Source of the DNA: Eledone cirrhosa
Taxonomy: Eukaryota
Assembly: GCA_964016885.1 (NCBI GenBank)
Contig: OZ024742.1
Span: forward strand, 241,056,001-241,120,000
Reading direction: 5' to 3'
DNA: 64,000 nt
Numbering within the stretch: the stretch's first letter is position 1; each line of letters starts with the position of its first letter. Made by a program: the position numbers and the translations under genes. This document shows positions 38,301-53,791 of the stretch, one piece after another. A model generated the notes under the pieces. The model had not been told where the DNA came from, made no database searches, and saw nothing but the letters and a program-made list of their open reading frames with translations.

Positions 38301-40905
38301 AGCAAAAGTTGACAGGGGGTGTCATCAACAATAAATGGTGGGGGGCAAAAGAGAGATTAGAGTAATTTCGATAGGGTTTAGCAAAGAAGTAGCATTAGAG
38401 AAAAATAGAAAGGAGGGGGGGGGGGGGGGCAGGTAGATAAGTTAGACAAAGCTATTTGTAGTGGCATTGCAACTGATGTGATTGCGGCGAGAATGGCATT
38501 AGACCATTTCTTCAATGCGAAACATGAAAGTTGTATTGTCAGAGCTAAGGCACATGCTCTGAGAAACGAGAGAACCAAAGCTGTTCAATGGGTCCGCGTG
38601 GTGGTAATAAAACCACTATTCGGTCTTTGACGGACCGAAACGGACACGAGCTGAGCGATTCCAGGCGGATGTGTGAGGCCTTTCGCCTGCATTTTGCTCG
38701 GTTGTTCGGGGAGAGTTGCGGGTCAGAGACGGTAGCGGGCTTCAGTTCCTACCTCGACGGCTTGCCGCGCCTCTCCACGACCGACGATGAGTGCTGGGAA
38801 AGGCCGTTAACTTCAGCCGAAATTCAGGACGCGCTTGTCGACTGCCCGAGGTGCAAGTCACTCGGTTTGGATGGTTTACCCTACGAGCTTTACGTAAATA
38901 TGCTAGACTTGTTTTCTGATCTCCTCGAAATACTTTACTGCAACTGACAGCAGAACAGGAGTATTCCCAGTTTTGTGAGCCGGAATTTAATGACGCTAAT
39001 AAGGAAAGACGGACAAAAGGGACACATTAGATAACTTAAGGCCCATAATTTTGGCCAAGGTGTTAGCGAAGAGCTTGGAGCTTGCCGTTGAAGATTCGGT
39101 TGGGGAGGCGCAAACTTACACAATCCCGACCAGGTCCATACACGACAACCTCCAACTCATGCGATGCATCATAGAGAGATTAGAGTGTAAACCTGGCTTC
39201 GGTTGGGATCTGGTCAATTTTGATTAATCGAAAGCATTCGATAGGGTCGACCATCGGTACCTGGAGGCTGTCGTCAAGGCAGCTGGCTTCAGCCCCATCT
39301 TCAGAAGCTGGATCGCTGCAATGCAGAGCGGCATCTGCTCGGTGGTCAAATTTTTGGCCACCTCTCGGAACCGTTTCAGATCTCCCATTGGTCCATCAAG
39401 GGTGCCCCCTCTCCTCCCTTCTGTATGTATTGACACTCGAGTCTTTACTGCGGAAGCTGGAGCTGTTGCAGGGCATCCCGATCGAACCGTGACGCGGAAA
39501 GGCTGTGTCGGCTATTGCAAACGATATCATGGTGTCGGAGACCTTGGAAATCGAGATGGTCGGCAACTTATTGGAAGAATATGAAAGGTTGACGGGAGCG
39601 AAACTTAACCCGGAAAAGTCGGTGTTCTTGCAGCTCGGCACCTAGAGAGGCAAGTCTTTGCCGTCTAACAGCCTTGTGGGGCGTTGGAACGGCTCCTCTT
39701 CAAAATGTTGTGGAGGGGACAGGTTCCGTTGGTGAGGCGGTCCATCTGCTGCCAGCACCCTCTACGTGGAGGGCTGGGCATGTCGTGGCTAATGATGCGC
39801 CGACATGTGCTGAGACTGCGGCATTTCCAGATATTCTGCCTAAACGGTGAGCAGGTGTGGTCGCCGTTTGTCAGACGGGCCTTTCCGCAGCTCGTCTCTT
39901 TTACTGATCTGCAGTCCTGGCTCAAGAAGAGACTGAGACTGGATGACTGGCATCTGGAATGTTGCCAGGCACTCACAGCTCTCTACCAGACGGGCAATGC
40001 GGTCAGTGGAACTTCCACTCTCAAGTTCTATAGAGGATTAGTGGTGGGTAAGTGCGACGACGCACTCGGAGATGCTCTGGGAGTCAATGAAGTCGAACTA
40101 ATTAATCTGTTCCGAAGGACTTTCGAGCCGGGCATGATGGGTAACTTCCAGAAATCCCTCACTTGACAGTGCTACCGGGGGGTACTGTCGGTTCGAGATA
40201 AACTCTACAGGCACGGAAGTGCTGTCAGACGGACCTACCCGAGCTGCGCGCAGAGCGACGAAACCGTTCTGCACGCACTCGTCTAGTGTCCGAGTATTAC
40301 TGACTCGTGGAAGTATGTCGAACAGCTGTTGTCGCGTGTAGAACGGATCCGGCTATCGGCCGAGTCCATAGCGAAGATCGCCCCACCGCCTTCTTTTGAC
40401 CAGGAAGGGCAGGCAATTTTCCTCCGTCTGGTGGCAGTAGGGAAAGAGGATGTATGGTGGACCAGGTTGAAAGGACTGAAGACAGACACTTTTCTCTTCG
40501 GCCAATCCCTCATCAACTTTTTCAAATTTCACTCGAAAGGAAGGTGAGGGTGGAGAGAGAAGTCCACCCACCCAGTACATTTGCTGAAAAGTGGGTGAAT
40601 GTGGCGAGAATGGTCCGTGTGAGTGGGCCTACTCTGATCATGCGCCTTTAGGTGGGTGAATTTGAGGAGGTGAGGGTTGCCCTTCCCAGGTGCCTTCGAA
40701 GCGTCGGGTAGTTCAGGATTGGTGGGGTATCTGAATCAACCCTGGGTGGTTATCCGCCCTATTGTGTAATTTTCATTGTTGTATTTTTCTTGTTTAGTGT
40801 TATTGTTTTCCTATTTTTTATTCGATTTTTGTGTAAACGCCACTGTCCCCGTCTACTTTATTGTCCCTCATATGTTGGCCCTTGTGGCCAATAAATAAAA
40901 CCATT
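35316..40905 (+). mobile_element. Near full-length decayed Tx1-like LINE
   Basis: ORF1 pieces 35584-37480 (knuckle CFV*GETTHFRSFC); ORF2 from 37513 (MAILRVGSLNVNGL), VYAP, SRSYIDR, SDH, KAFDRVDH, QGCPLS; AATAAA then (TTC)n. Confidence 0.9.
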
Positions 40906-42513
40906 CTTCTTCTTCTTCTTGGAATACTCTTGTTGGGGGTCGATACTTTCACTTGACCACATAACAAATGCAGTATTAAGAAGTGTCTAAACCAACGTCA
41001 CTTGCCTGAAGAAGCTCGAGAGTTACTAGGAGTGAATTAAATTGAACCCGGTAATTGATCGGAATTTTATTTTATCGACTCCAGAAGCATGAAAGGTTAA
41101 TTTGACATCAGCAGGATTTAAACTCAGACGTTAAAGGCCAGAGGTGGTTGTCAAACGGCCTAACGATTCTTTGATTGCATCGCTATATCGGTTTAGCGAT
41201 AAAATCTTAATCTTAACAAAAAAAATCTAGAAATGTTTTCTACAATATAAAATATCGCGCTGCATATTTTTCAGTTTGGTTTTTGCTATCGTCAGCTTAT
41301 ATTTTTTGTAATTCTGGGGTCATCAATTAGTTGGCGTTAATATATTTAGATCTTAAAAGTCTGACGATACAAAAGTGGCGATACATAGAATAGTATTTTT
41401 ACCAAAAGAAAAACGTATGGGGGAGAGAAGAAGAGAGGAAAAAAGGGAAAGAGAGCAATTGAAAGACAGTGGAGAATATCGATTTTGTGGGAGTGTGTGT
41501 TGTGAGTATATGAACGTCTGAGTGTGGGAATGTGTGAAAATGTGGATATATGAAAGTGTGTGTGAGTGTGTGTGTGTGTGTGTGAACGTGTGAGTTGAAG
41601 TGTGTGAACATATGAACATATGAATGTGTGAAAACTGTATGAACTTGTCAGTGAGTGAGTATGTAAATATGTGAACGGGCGTGTGTGTGTGAATGTGTGA
41701 AAGTCTGTGTGTGTGAGTGTCAATTCGTATGTGGGTATGCATATGAGTGTGTGAGGATATGAGGGTGTGAGTGCATGGGGAAAATGTATGTCAAGAAATG
41801 TTCATATAAAATTATATAAAATGGTGAAGCAGCATGGCCTGAAGGACAAAAATGTTCAGATAGAATAACTTGTTTACCAGTTTTAACTTGCTATCCATTT
41901 TTGTAGAAGTTGAGAGTCACAGTAATCTTTCCTGGAGCAAATCAAGACCCAATCACAGTTTATACTCAGTACAGCTTGCTATATCGAGTACATCAACACA
42001 GGTGGGATATCCAGCTTAGAATAGTTTCCATATTGATATAAATTTATAACATCAAAGTGACGAATTAAGCATAACATTTTCTGATTAAATGTGCCTCGAT
42101 TTTTCCTGGCTCTCTGCACCCTGAATTCAAATCCCACCGAGGTCAATTTCGCTTTTTAACATTCGTGGTGGATAAGTAAGCTATTTGACCAGGGCTGTGT
42201 TTTGACGAAATTGTTATATTGTCAGATGAAAGGTTATGTGGTTTCTGCTCTGGATCTTTGTGTTATGAGTTCAAATTCCTCCACTAATCACTGGTGACAA
42301 GAAACGAGATCTCCAGTACGAAGCTAATGGCGAGAGAACTCCAATATGGATAAATGCTAAAATGAAAACCTTGCACAAAGCGGGAGAAATGATAGGACAG
42401 AAAAAAAAAAGATTTATTGCATACACGATATATTGCAGAGATATATGGTTCACTAACTCATTTATTCATACACCCCTCACTCACACACACACACACATAT
42501 ATATTTATATATA

Positions 42514-42581
<68 letters not shown>

Positions 42582-42633
42582 ATTTATATATATATATATA
42601 TATAAATATATATATATAGTTTTAATATAGATG

Positions 42634-42684
42634 AGATTCTACAGGACTAGAACTGTTTCATTCATTAGAAATCATCAGGAATCT
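42634..42684 (-). ncRNA. Complete type I hammerhead ribozyme (GUA site)
   Basis: agattc-CTGATGA-t ttc taat gaa t-GAAA-cag ttctagtc ctg-TA-gaatct; 6-bp stem I, 3-bp stem II, stem III. Confidence 0.7.
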
Positions 42685-43169
42685 GGGTATCAAAAAATAA
42701 AAATGGTATTTATAGGTCTCTACAAGTGGTAGGAGAGGGTGGGGAGTGGGATGGGTGCAGGTCATTGGTTGATAGAAAAGGGAATTCATTAAAAGCTAAT
42801 TCTACAAAGCTATAGTTTATTTTTATTTATTTATGTTTTTAGAGTAACAAGGGCAGACAGAATTCTATAAACAGGTTCCGGATGGCATACCATTCCTTGT
42901 CATTAAGTTTCTCTTAAGCTAACAGATGTCTATAAAATCAGTGGGGGGTCAGTCATGGTCGATAGAATTAAAGAAAAGGGAAATTCTTTAAAAGCTAAAA
43001 TCATTAAGGTTCTACTAAGTGACAAAGGTCTAGAGAATTCTGTAGACAGATTCAAAATACTGAGTGCATATCTTACAATTATCTTCGAACTTCTCTTAAA
43101 CTAATCAACTATATGCCAAGAATCAACAGACACATTCACAAAAAAACAAAAAACATACTCACTCACACA

Positions 43170-43288
43170 CTTACGCGCAACCATAAACACACACACAAAC
43201 ACATATACACACATAAAAACACACACACATATATATAAAAATATATTCATATACATACATATACATACACACATACATACATACATAC

Positions 43289-43347
<59 letters not shown>

Positions 43348-43498
43348 CACACACACATACACATATACACACACACACACACATATATACACATATAAAT
43401 ACACTAACACACATACATACAAACACAAATATACATGTGTATACATATACACACAAATACACATAGACATATATACATACATATACACAGATATATAT

Positions 43499-43531
<33 letters not shown>

Positions 43532-43800
43532 CATACACATATATATATATATATATATATAGACATATATACATACACACACATATATATATATATAAAA
43601 ACCCACATACACACACATATATACATATACACACACATACACACAAACACACACACACATATATATACATATACATATATATATATACATTCATATATAT
43701 ATAACCATATACATATATACATATATACACATACATATATATATATATATATACACATAAACAAATATATACACATACAAACACACACACACACATACAT

Positions 43801-43883
<83 letters not shown>

Positions 43884-43966
43884 TATACACATATATAAGG
43901 AAAAAGCACCATACATACATATATATATATATATATACATGTATATATACATATATACACACACAT

Positions 43967-44024
<58 letters not shown>

Positions 44025-44080
44025 GTAAATATATACATATATATAAAAATATACACACATATACATACATACGCACACAC

Positions 44081-44149
<69 letters not shown>

Positions 44150-44250
44150 CAAACACACATACAAACATACATATACACATACATATATATAAACATATAT
44201 ATACACATATATACACGTATGTATATACATATATATATATATATATATAC

Positions 44251-44301
<51 letters not shown>

Positions 44302-44369
44302 TATACATATTATATATACACATATACACACACATACACACACACACATATATACACATACACACACAC

Positions 44370-44400
<31 letters not shown>

Positions 44401-44525
44401 CATACATATACACACACATATATATACACGCACACACATATATACACATATATATACACACACACACACACACACATACACATGCATATGTATAAATATT
44501 TATATATATATATATATATATATAC
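43170..44525. repeat. Compound (TA/CA)n tract
   Basis: Visible; about 43890-44520 is mirrored at about 49650-50300. Confidence 0.95.
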
Positions 44526-45084
44526 ATGTAAAGTTATATTTAAAATTGTTGGGTTACAACTAGTAAATATTTATAACTGATATAAAAGCACTCGACAAAT
44601 ATTTGGAGTATATTTACAATATTAAATAAATGGAAAACTATATTTATAAAACCATATCTATTTCATTATATATATTTCGGGGATATCATATTAACAATAT
44701 GCTATGCCTTCATCAGACAAAATACAATATAAACAGTTTTATAGATAAATATATTCGACATACCGTAATAAACATCAACTTCATTTGAAGAGGTTTACTC
44801 TAGCAGTGAAAATACAGAGAGAAAGAAAGAGAGAGAGAAAAGAGGGAAATAAGAAAGAGAGAAAGACAAAACGAAGAAAAGGAAGAAAAAGAAGAAAAAG
44901 AAAAAGAAGAAATGCATGGGACAAAATAGAGAGATGGAAAAATAGATAAAGCGAAGAGCTTCATGTAAAGAGACAGAAAGAGATATATATATAGAGAGAG
45001 AGAGGAAATAGAGATAGATACATATATATATATAGAAAATTAGGTAGTGGGAGGTCATTTTGAGTAAGTGTATCAATGATGCAT

Positions 45085-45119
<35 letters not shown>

Positions 45120-46545
45120 GCTCAAGTATTAATGTAAGGGAGATATATAGAGAGATATAGAGAGATATAGAGAGATATAGAGAGAGAAAAAAATTTAAAA
45201 ATAGCCAGACATATTCGAGGCGTAGAAAACCCTATGTTTTAATGTATTAGTATTTATAAAACTTACACTATATTGTAAATATCAGTATTCCTGAATGAAA
45301 CAAGTATTCACAATGCGTGAAAATTCATTATCTTATGTTTAGTTTTTAAAAAATTCATATGTCTATGTGACAGCTACAAACATCAATGTGAATCCAACTG
45401 ATTCACTTCGCAAATTCTAAGTTACCGGAAAACATTCTCAATGTGGTATAAAAATTTGAGCGTATTATTATTCTTGCGATTACTCTACAAGATTATCTAT
45501 CAAGCAGAAATAGAGAGCAGATTTCAATATACTAATCGAAAATATATATTATATTATAAACAAAGATAACAATAATAATGATAATAAGTAAAAATATATA
45601 AAAATATAGAATAGAAAACTAAAAAAAAAAAAAATATTACGAAAGAATATTAACTAATAAAAATATTGCATATTAAAAATAATACGTATTAAAAATATTA
45701 CGTATTAAAAATTTACATATAAAAATATTAAAAATATTAAAAATAAAAATTTACATATAAAAATATTAAAAATAAAAATAAAAATAAAAATAAAAATAAA
45801 ATAAAAATAAAATAAAATAAAAGATAAAAATATTATAGAATACTACAATACTAAAAGAATACAAATAAAAATAAAAATAAAAATAAAAATAAAAATAAAA
45901 ATAAAAATAAAAATGAAAATAAAAATAAACCACAAAGAACAACCCTTCAAAGTTAATTGACAATATATTGCCAAGTTCACTACAAGACAAAGCCAAAAAT
46001 TATCTATCAAATCACATCTAGCAAGGAATATCGCAAAAAAGATTATGATGTCCAATAATGTCTACATATGTTCCAATATTTAATATATAAGTTTATCTAG
46101 TGTAAGGTTAATTCAAAAAATTTGGAACATCGGCTTTTAGGGTAGCTTAATTTTTCATGAGGAATGTTTAGATAAAAATAAAAATAAAAATAAAAATAAA
46201 AATAAAAATAAATAAAATAAAATAAACAATAAAAAGAGTAAAAAGAGGGAATCAAAGGTTTAGGAATCAAAAGATTTATCGGCTAGTTCTCATATAAATA
46301 TAAATCAAACTAAATATACTACATTTTAAATTTAAATTTATATTTAAACGTTGAGTTTAATCTATGTTTGCAACAACTGAATAAATTTGTCCGTAGGTTA
46401 AGGGAATTTTTAGATTTTAGTATAAAGAATATCTCCTCTGCGCAGAGGTCACATGTCTCAGAGGATGAATTAAAAGGAATCCCTCTTGAGACTATATTCC
46501 AAGCCGTCGAATATCTAACGTTATCTAGCTTAAGTTGCCAGAGTA
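44525..46545 (-). mobile_element. 5'-truncated Penelope-like element (GIY-YIG C-terminus, AT-rich 3' region, family A pLTR with hammerhead)
   Basis: 46319-46540 encodes WQLK...WNIVSRGIPFN...CDLCAEEIFFIL...LNLRTNLFSCCKH, homologous to the end of the 47532-49120 ORF. Hammerhead at about 44660-44725 (CTGATGA 44710-44716, GAAA 44675-44678). Confidence 0.7.
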
Positions 46546-46837
46546 TATATATATCCATATATATACAAACATACACATACATACACAGACCTATACATAA
46601 ATATACACATATATATACAGACATATAACGCATATATACACACATATATACATATATATATATATATACATATATACACACACGCATACACACATACACA
46701 CACACACACACAAATATATATACACACTCTCTCTCACGCACATATATACATATATATATACACATACATATATACATATACACATATATACATATACACA
46801 TATATATATATACATATATATATATATACACATATAT

Positions 46838-46932
<95 letters not shown>

Positions 46933-46971
46933 AATACACACACACACATATATATACACACCTGCCCACAC

Positions 46972-47018
<47 letters not shown>

Positions 47019-47027
47019 TACACACAT

Positions 47028-47100
<73 letters not shown>

Positions 47101-47380
47101 CACATGTACATACATATACATACACATATATACATAAACATACATACATACATACACATACATACATACATACATACATACATACACATATATACACATA
47201 CATATATATACACATATATACACATATATACATACATATACATACATAAATATACACACATAAAACACATATACACACAAACATATATATATATATATAT
47301 ATATACACATACACATACATATACACACATACAAACAAATATATACACATACAAATAAATAGGTACTCAATAAATATACG
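46545..47380. repeat. Compound (TA/CA)n tract
   Basis: Visible; about 46545-47000 is mirrored at about 49121-49605. Confidence 0.95.
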
Positions 47381-47531
47381 CATATACGCAGGCACATAAA
47401 GACACCTCTACAGGCAGAAAATGTAGATACGAAAGAGGTACTCACATAACCATAGTGGCCGTATTTCAGGTTGAGGAGGGGTGGGGGTAGGGTGGGGAGG
47501 AGGTATAGGGGCCAATAGGGGGAGGTCGTTT

Positions 47532-49116
47532 TTAGCCATCGGGCTTTAACACTGGCTTAAAGTGTTTGAAAGTTGCAAAGTTCTTGTGCATGCAGTTCGG
47601 GCAGTGTTCAGAGAGTTTGTTCAGTAGCGGGCCCTTGGCGAATAAAATTTCGTAGCTCTCTGAAATACAAAGGTCGCAGCCCTTGTGTCCTCCGTTGTAA
47701 GAGCGCGCTTCTGGAGTATTTTCCATTTAAGCGTGAAGGGGGTGGAGTTCCTTTTGAGGTCCCAAACGTAGGAGGCGAGTGTTGTCTGATTTGATTTATC
47801 CGGTCTCCTGAAGGAGTGGGTATGGGCATACCAACGGGTCTTAAAGTTGTTGGAGGTCATGCCGATGTAAGTTTTTTTGCAATCCTCGGTGCCTGAGATG
47901 ACATCGCATTTGTATACGATGTCATTTGTGAGGCATTTGTTTTCAAGTGGGCATGCTTCCTTATTTAGGCAATTACATAGAGCCCCAGTCCGGGGATTGG
48001 TTTCGGAGGTGGTTGGCTTATTTAATTTAGAATTGTGGTTGGCTATATTCCTAGCTAGGTTAGGTGTGGTGGAGTAAGACAGTCTTATAGTGTTCTTATT
48101 AAAGATGGTGTAGTACCTATGTTGTATGGGGAAGTGTAATTTCAGTAAAGTGAAGAAAATCCTAGCTATCGGAGTAGATAGCTCTCTATTGAAGGGAGGG
48201 TTGTACCAGCTAATCTGCCTATGTCTATTCCTCCTCTGCAATCTTGCGGTGGTTTCTAGGTAAGTTATCTTATCTTTAAATCCGCTACGGGCGAGGGCGT
48301 CATTGTAGTAGGAGGCAGATGCATTAAAAATATCTTTGTTGGCGGAGAGGCCAGATATTCTAATAGAGACGCTTTTTACTAGGTTATCAGTGATGTTTTG
48401 GGGGTGGTTTGAATTAACATTAATATATTTAAGGGACTCGTTAGGTTTGTGGTACGGGTAATAGAGGGAAGTATCTAGGTCGAGAGTGACATCTAAGAAG
48501 TTGGCCCTAGTCAAATTAGAATCTATAGTTATACTAAATCCTAGATTATAGAAGAAAGAGCTTAAGTTTTTCCGAAACCCATCGGTGGTTCTAGGGTTAA
48601 CCTTATGCAGGGCGAAGAGGCCGTCGTCTCGGTATAAACCTCCCGTTAGGCCGGTAAAGAGGTTCTTCAGGTTACGTAGGATGTACAGGCCCACAAGGTC
48701 GCTAATTTCAGCCGAGTCACTCGCCCCCATGCTAACGTCAAATGGGGTCTGAGATTTCTTGTTGATCCAGTAAGATCCATCGTGGTATAGAAAGGTCTTA
48801 CGAGCGTGGAGGATAACAACTTGCTCAGCATCGGTAATGGTGGTAAAATTCCTGGCAAAGTTAATTGCGTCCTTCAGGAGGGGCTCCGAGATAGAGGCAT
48901 AGTAGTTTTCTATGTCGAGTTGCAGGAAGCGAGTGTGGTGTTTATCGGGTAATTCTTGGAACCATGATATTGCCTCAGATGTTCTACTCCAGAGTGGAAG
49001 TGGTGAGGCTGCCCGCAATGATGGTAGAACTCTATCCAGGATCTTCTTACTGATAGAGCCGTTGTCAGAACGAGTGGGGTTGATAAGTCTGACTGATGGT
49101 TTGTTGAGGAAATTTC

Positions 49117-49120
<4 letters not shown>
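47532..49120 (-). CDS. Penelope-like element RT + GIY-YIG endonuclease, 5'-truncated, one frameshift near 47705
   Basis: [59 protein letters not shown] linker, IVY..YIG (GIY-YIG); the C-terminal CDLC..E..CMH lies in frame 47532-47726. Confidence 0.9.
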
Positions 49121-50460
<1,340 letters not shown>

Positions 50461-50623
50461 TGAAATCTCCGACAAATAATTGACCGCAGCCAGTTCGCGT
50501 TAACTCCGTTCCATTATTTATCAAACACTTCGGCAGCATGCAGAATCCGATCAAACATATCGTCAACCGCACGTAATTAGTAGTAAAATTAAACTTAGAA
50601 GAAATGCGCACATACCGTAATTA

Positions 50624-50703
50624 TATCTCGACCATGGTTTCTTCCTTGTTTAGGACATCCAAATAATATGGACTGTCCCGAGTCAGGTTATCATCAGGAG
50701 ACA
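50624..50703 (-). ncRNA. Type I hammerhead ribozyme (GUC site), inverted copy
   Basis: Mirror of 51240-51319. Confidence 0.75.
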
Positions 50704-51239
50704 AACTCAGAAATAGACATTTAATTTCTCGGACAGACCCCGCCAAATTTAGATTAAAAAATGGCTGCGGTCAATTATTTGTCGGAGATTTCCCCGTTAG
50801 AAAATTTACTCTTAAAGCTTGCTGGATTTGATTATGTATATGGTTAATTATGCTGATTAGAGGAAGAAATAGTATATATTTTAATATCTGATTGATTCTA
50901 TAGACACGTTTTATGATATAATGCTCTGATTTTTTGATTTTAACTTATTAATTCTTCATTGAGCTTAAAAGTGAACAGTTGCAACACATATATGTATCAT
51001 TGATTTAATTTAATTTAATTTTATGTATGTGATAACCTCTATATTTAATAATCTCCCTATCGGTTGAGATTAAATTTGGCGATATATGGCTGCGCTTTCT
51101 AGCAGCATGCCTACCCGCCGTAAGTGGCCAATCACACGCTTTCTCTCTGGCTGGTACACAGCTACATAGCGATCTTAGCCATTTTTGAATCTAAATTTGG
51201 CGGGGTCTGTCCGAGAAATTAAATGTCTATTTCTGAGTT

Positions 51240-51319
51240 TGTCTCCTGATGATAACCTGACTCGGGACAGTCCATATTATTTGGATGTCCTAAACAAGGA
51301 AGAAACCATGGTCGAGATA
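51240..51319 (+). ncRNA. Type I hammerhead ribozyme (GUC site, palindromic stem III)
   Basis: tgtctc-CTGATGA(51246)-long stem II containing ggaca.tcca/tgga tgtcc-GAAA(51302)-CCATGG-TC-gagata. Confidence 0.75.
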
Positions 51320-51603
51320 TAATTACGGTATGTGCGCATTTCTTCTAAGTTTAATTTTACTACTAATTACGTGCGGTTGACGATATGTTTGATCGGATTC
51401 TGCATGCTGCCGAAGTGTTTGATAAATAATGGAACGGAGTTAACGCGAACTGGCTGCGGTCAATTATTTGTCGGAGATTTCCCCGTTAGAAAATTTACTC
51501 CTAAAGCTTGGTGGATTTGATTATGTATATGGTTAATTATGCTGATTAGAGGAAGAAATAGTATATATTTTAATATCTGATTGATTCTATAGACACGTTT
51601 TAT

Positions 51604-52168
<565 letters not shown>

Positions 52169-52363
52169 ATGTGTGTTTAATGGTAGCTATGATGCTTCCA
52201 TAGACGGTATGCCAGTTAAGCACTCTATGTTCTTACAAAATCAGTGGTGCATCTGGACTCAATTTATTGTGTTACAATTGTTTCGCCGGCAGACAGCTCG
52301 AGACACGATCATTGTATGGATCTGTCTGATTCTGGAACTGCAGGTTCGTCGGACACTTCCAAT

Positions 52364-52453
<90 letters not shown>

Positions 52454-52599
52454 GAAGTGTAGGTTAACAGGTTAAAATTAACTTCGTTTTGTCATAGTCG
52501 CTGTTATTTATATATTTCGGTGATAACCATCATGCAACAGCTATGACCTGATCAGTGAAGCAAGAATCTGAATAGAAAAAAACAAATAAACATAACGAT

Positions 52600-53040
52600 G
52601 GAATAAAGCTTTCTTCTGTTATTTCAATTTTTTTTTATATATTGTACAAATGAATGTGAAGTGATGGATAGACTGAAATGCGTGTAGGTGTTGGTCGTGT
52701 AACTATTTGAAAAAATGTTTATTCCTTATACCATATTTTTGTATTATTTAGTCAGAGTAGGAAGCGGTAGAAGAGAAACGTCGTTCATGAGGTTTGAAGG
52801 ACTCTCCTTCTCACAAATGGATGGAATATATGCAGTTGGTGTTCATCTTGAATATAGGTAGATTGAAGTCTGTAAGGGAAACATGAACGGAAAAGTGGTT
52901 ACCTAAGAGTTGGTATAAATATTTAAGGCTCCGTTTGGAGTTAGTTATAAACCAAACATAGCAGGAGGTGAAGGGACCTGGATGAGAACTATATACAATC
53001 TGCTAATTCGTAGGAGCAGTAACAGGTATAGTAGCGGTAG
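52600..53040 (-). pseudogene. Decayed CR1-like LINE 3' end
   Basis: Broken-frame resemblance to the CR1-type ORF2 C-terminus (YRYY...CS.ELA ... FP...NL..FK.N.N). Confidence 0.3.
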
Positions 53041-53062
53041 GAGAGAGAGAGAGAGAGGGAGG

Positions 53063-53142
<80 letters not shown>

Positions 53143-53597
53143 AATATGAAACGAGCCTTAGGCACAGTTGTTTTGTCCTGTTGGTAAATGTATATTTTCC
53201 AGTTACTTAAATGTGTTTTGTGTACCAGTGTGGGCTGACAAGTTCATAGGCCGACTATAAAGGAGTGATGTTAGAGCTGTGAAATCTTGCATGCATTCAT
53301 TTCAACTCTACATGTTTATAACTTCATTGTTTTTTTCCAGGGATTATGTTGAAAAATAAACCCTATTTAGTCATTCCATGAGAGTATCTTGGTCAGCCTA
53401 TCAACTGAAAAGAAGTGGCACTCTCAACAACAATATTGAAACGTAGGATACACTTGTAACTTTCAGAGAATAAGTAATTGCTCACAACTAGAATAGTTTG
53501 TAGTTGTTAATTTCCAATGCAAGATACAAATGGCTGAGACAGGACAAAATAGTTGATACTTTTCAGAAATTCAGTGAAACACATTTTTTATTAAACA

Positions 53598-53791
53598 CAG
53601 ACCTGCAAACCTCTAAAAGCCCAAACGAGGAGTACCATGAAAAACAGTGCCCCCAAACGGGGAGGAATGAGGCAAAATAGGGAGTTTTACATAATGAAAG
53701 CTATACCTATTTTCACAAGAGAAGACATCTCTCACCCATCCCAAAGTGGATAGAAGATCTCCCCATCGGCCGGGGACAGTTGACAGGCATA
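53598..53791. mobile_element. MITE copy 2 with TAAACA TSD
   Basis: cagacctgcaaac...gttgacaggcata; TAAACA at 53592-53597 and 53792-53797. Confidence 0.8.

Larger units (their letters stand above)
50463..51603. mobile_element. Non-coding hammerhead element with inverted and direct terminal repeats (pLTR/retrozyme-like)
   Basis: 50463-50765 is the reverse complement of 51178-51480; 50762-50913 is a direct repeat of 51451-51603; flanked by (TA)n/(TATG)n. Confidence 0.8.

Noticed and set aside
41905-42002. Possible host exon (tttttgtag ... CAG/gtggga)
   Set aside because: No recognisable protein similarity, weak donor and no partner exons found.
47532-49120. Selenocysteine recoding or programmed frameshift in the Penelope ORF
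   Set aside because: No in-frame UGA, and no slippery site at the shift near 47705; a simple indel is more likely.
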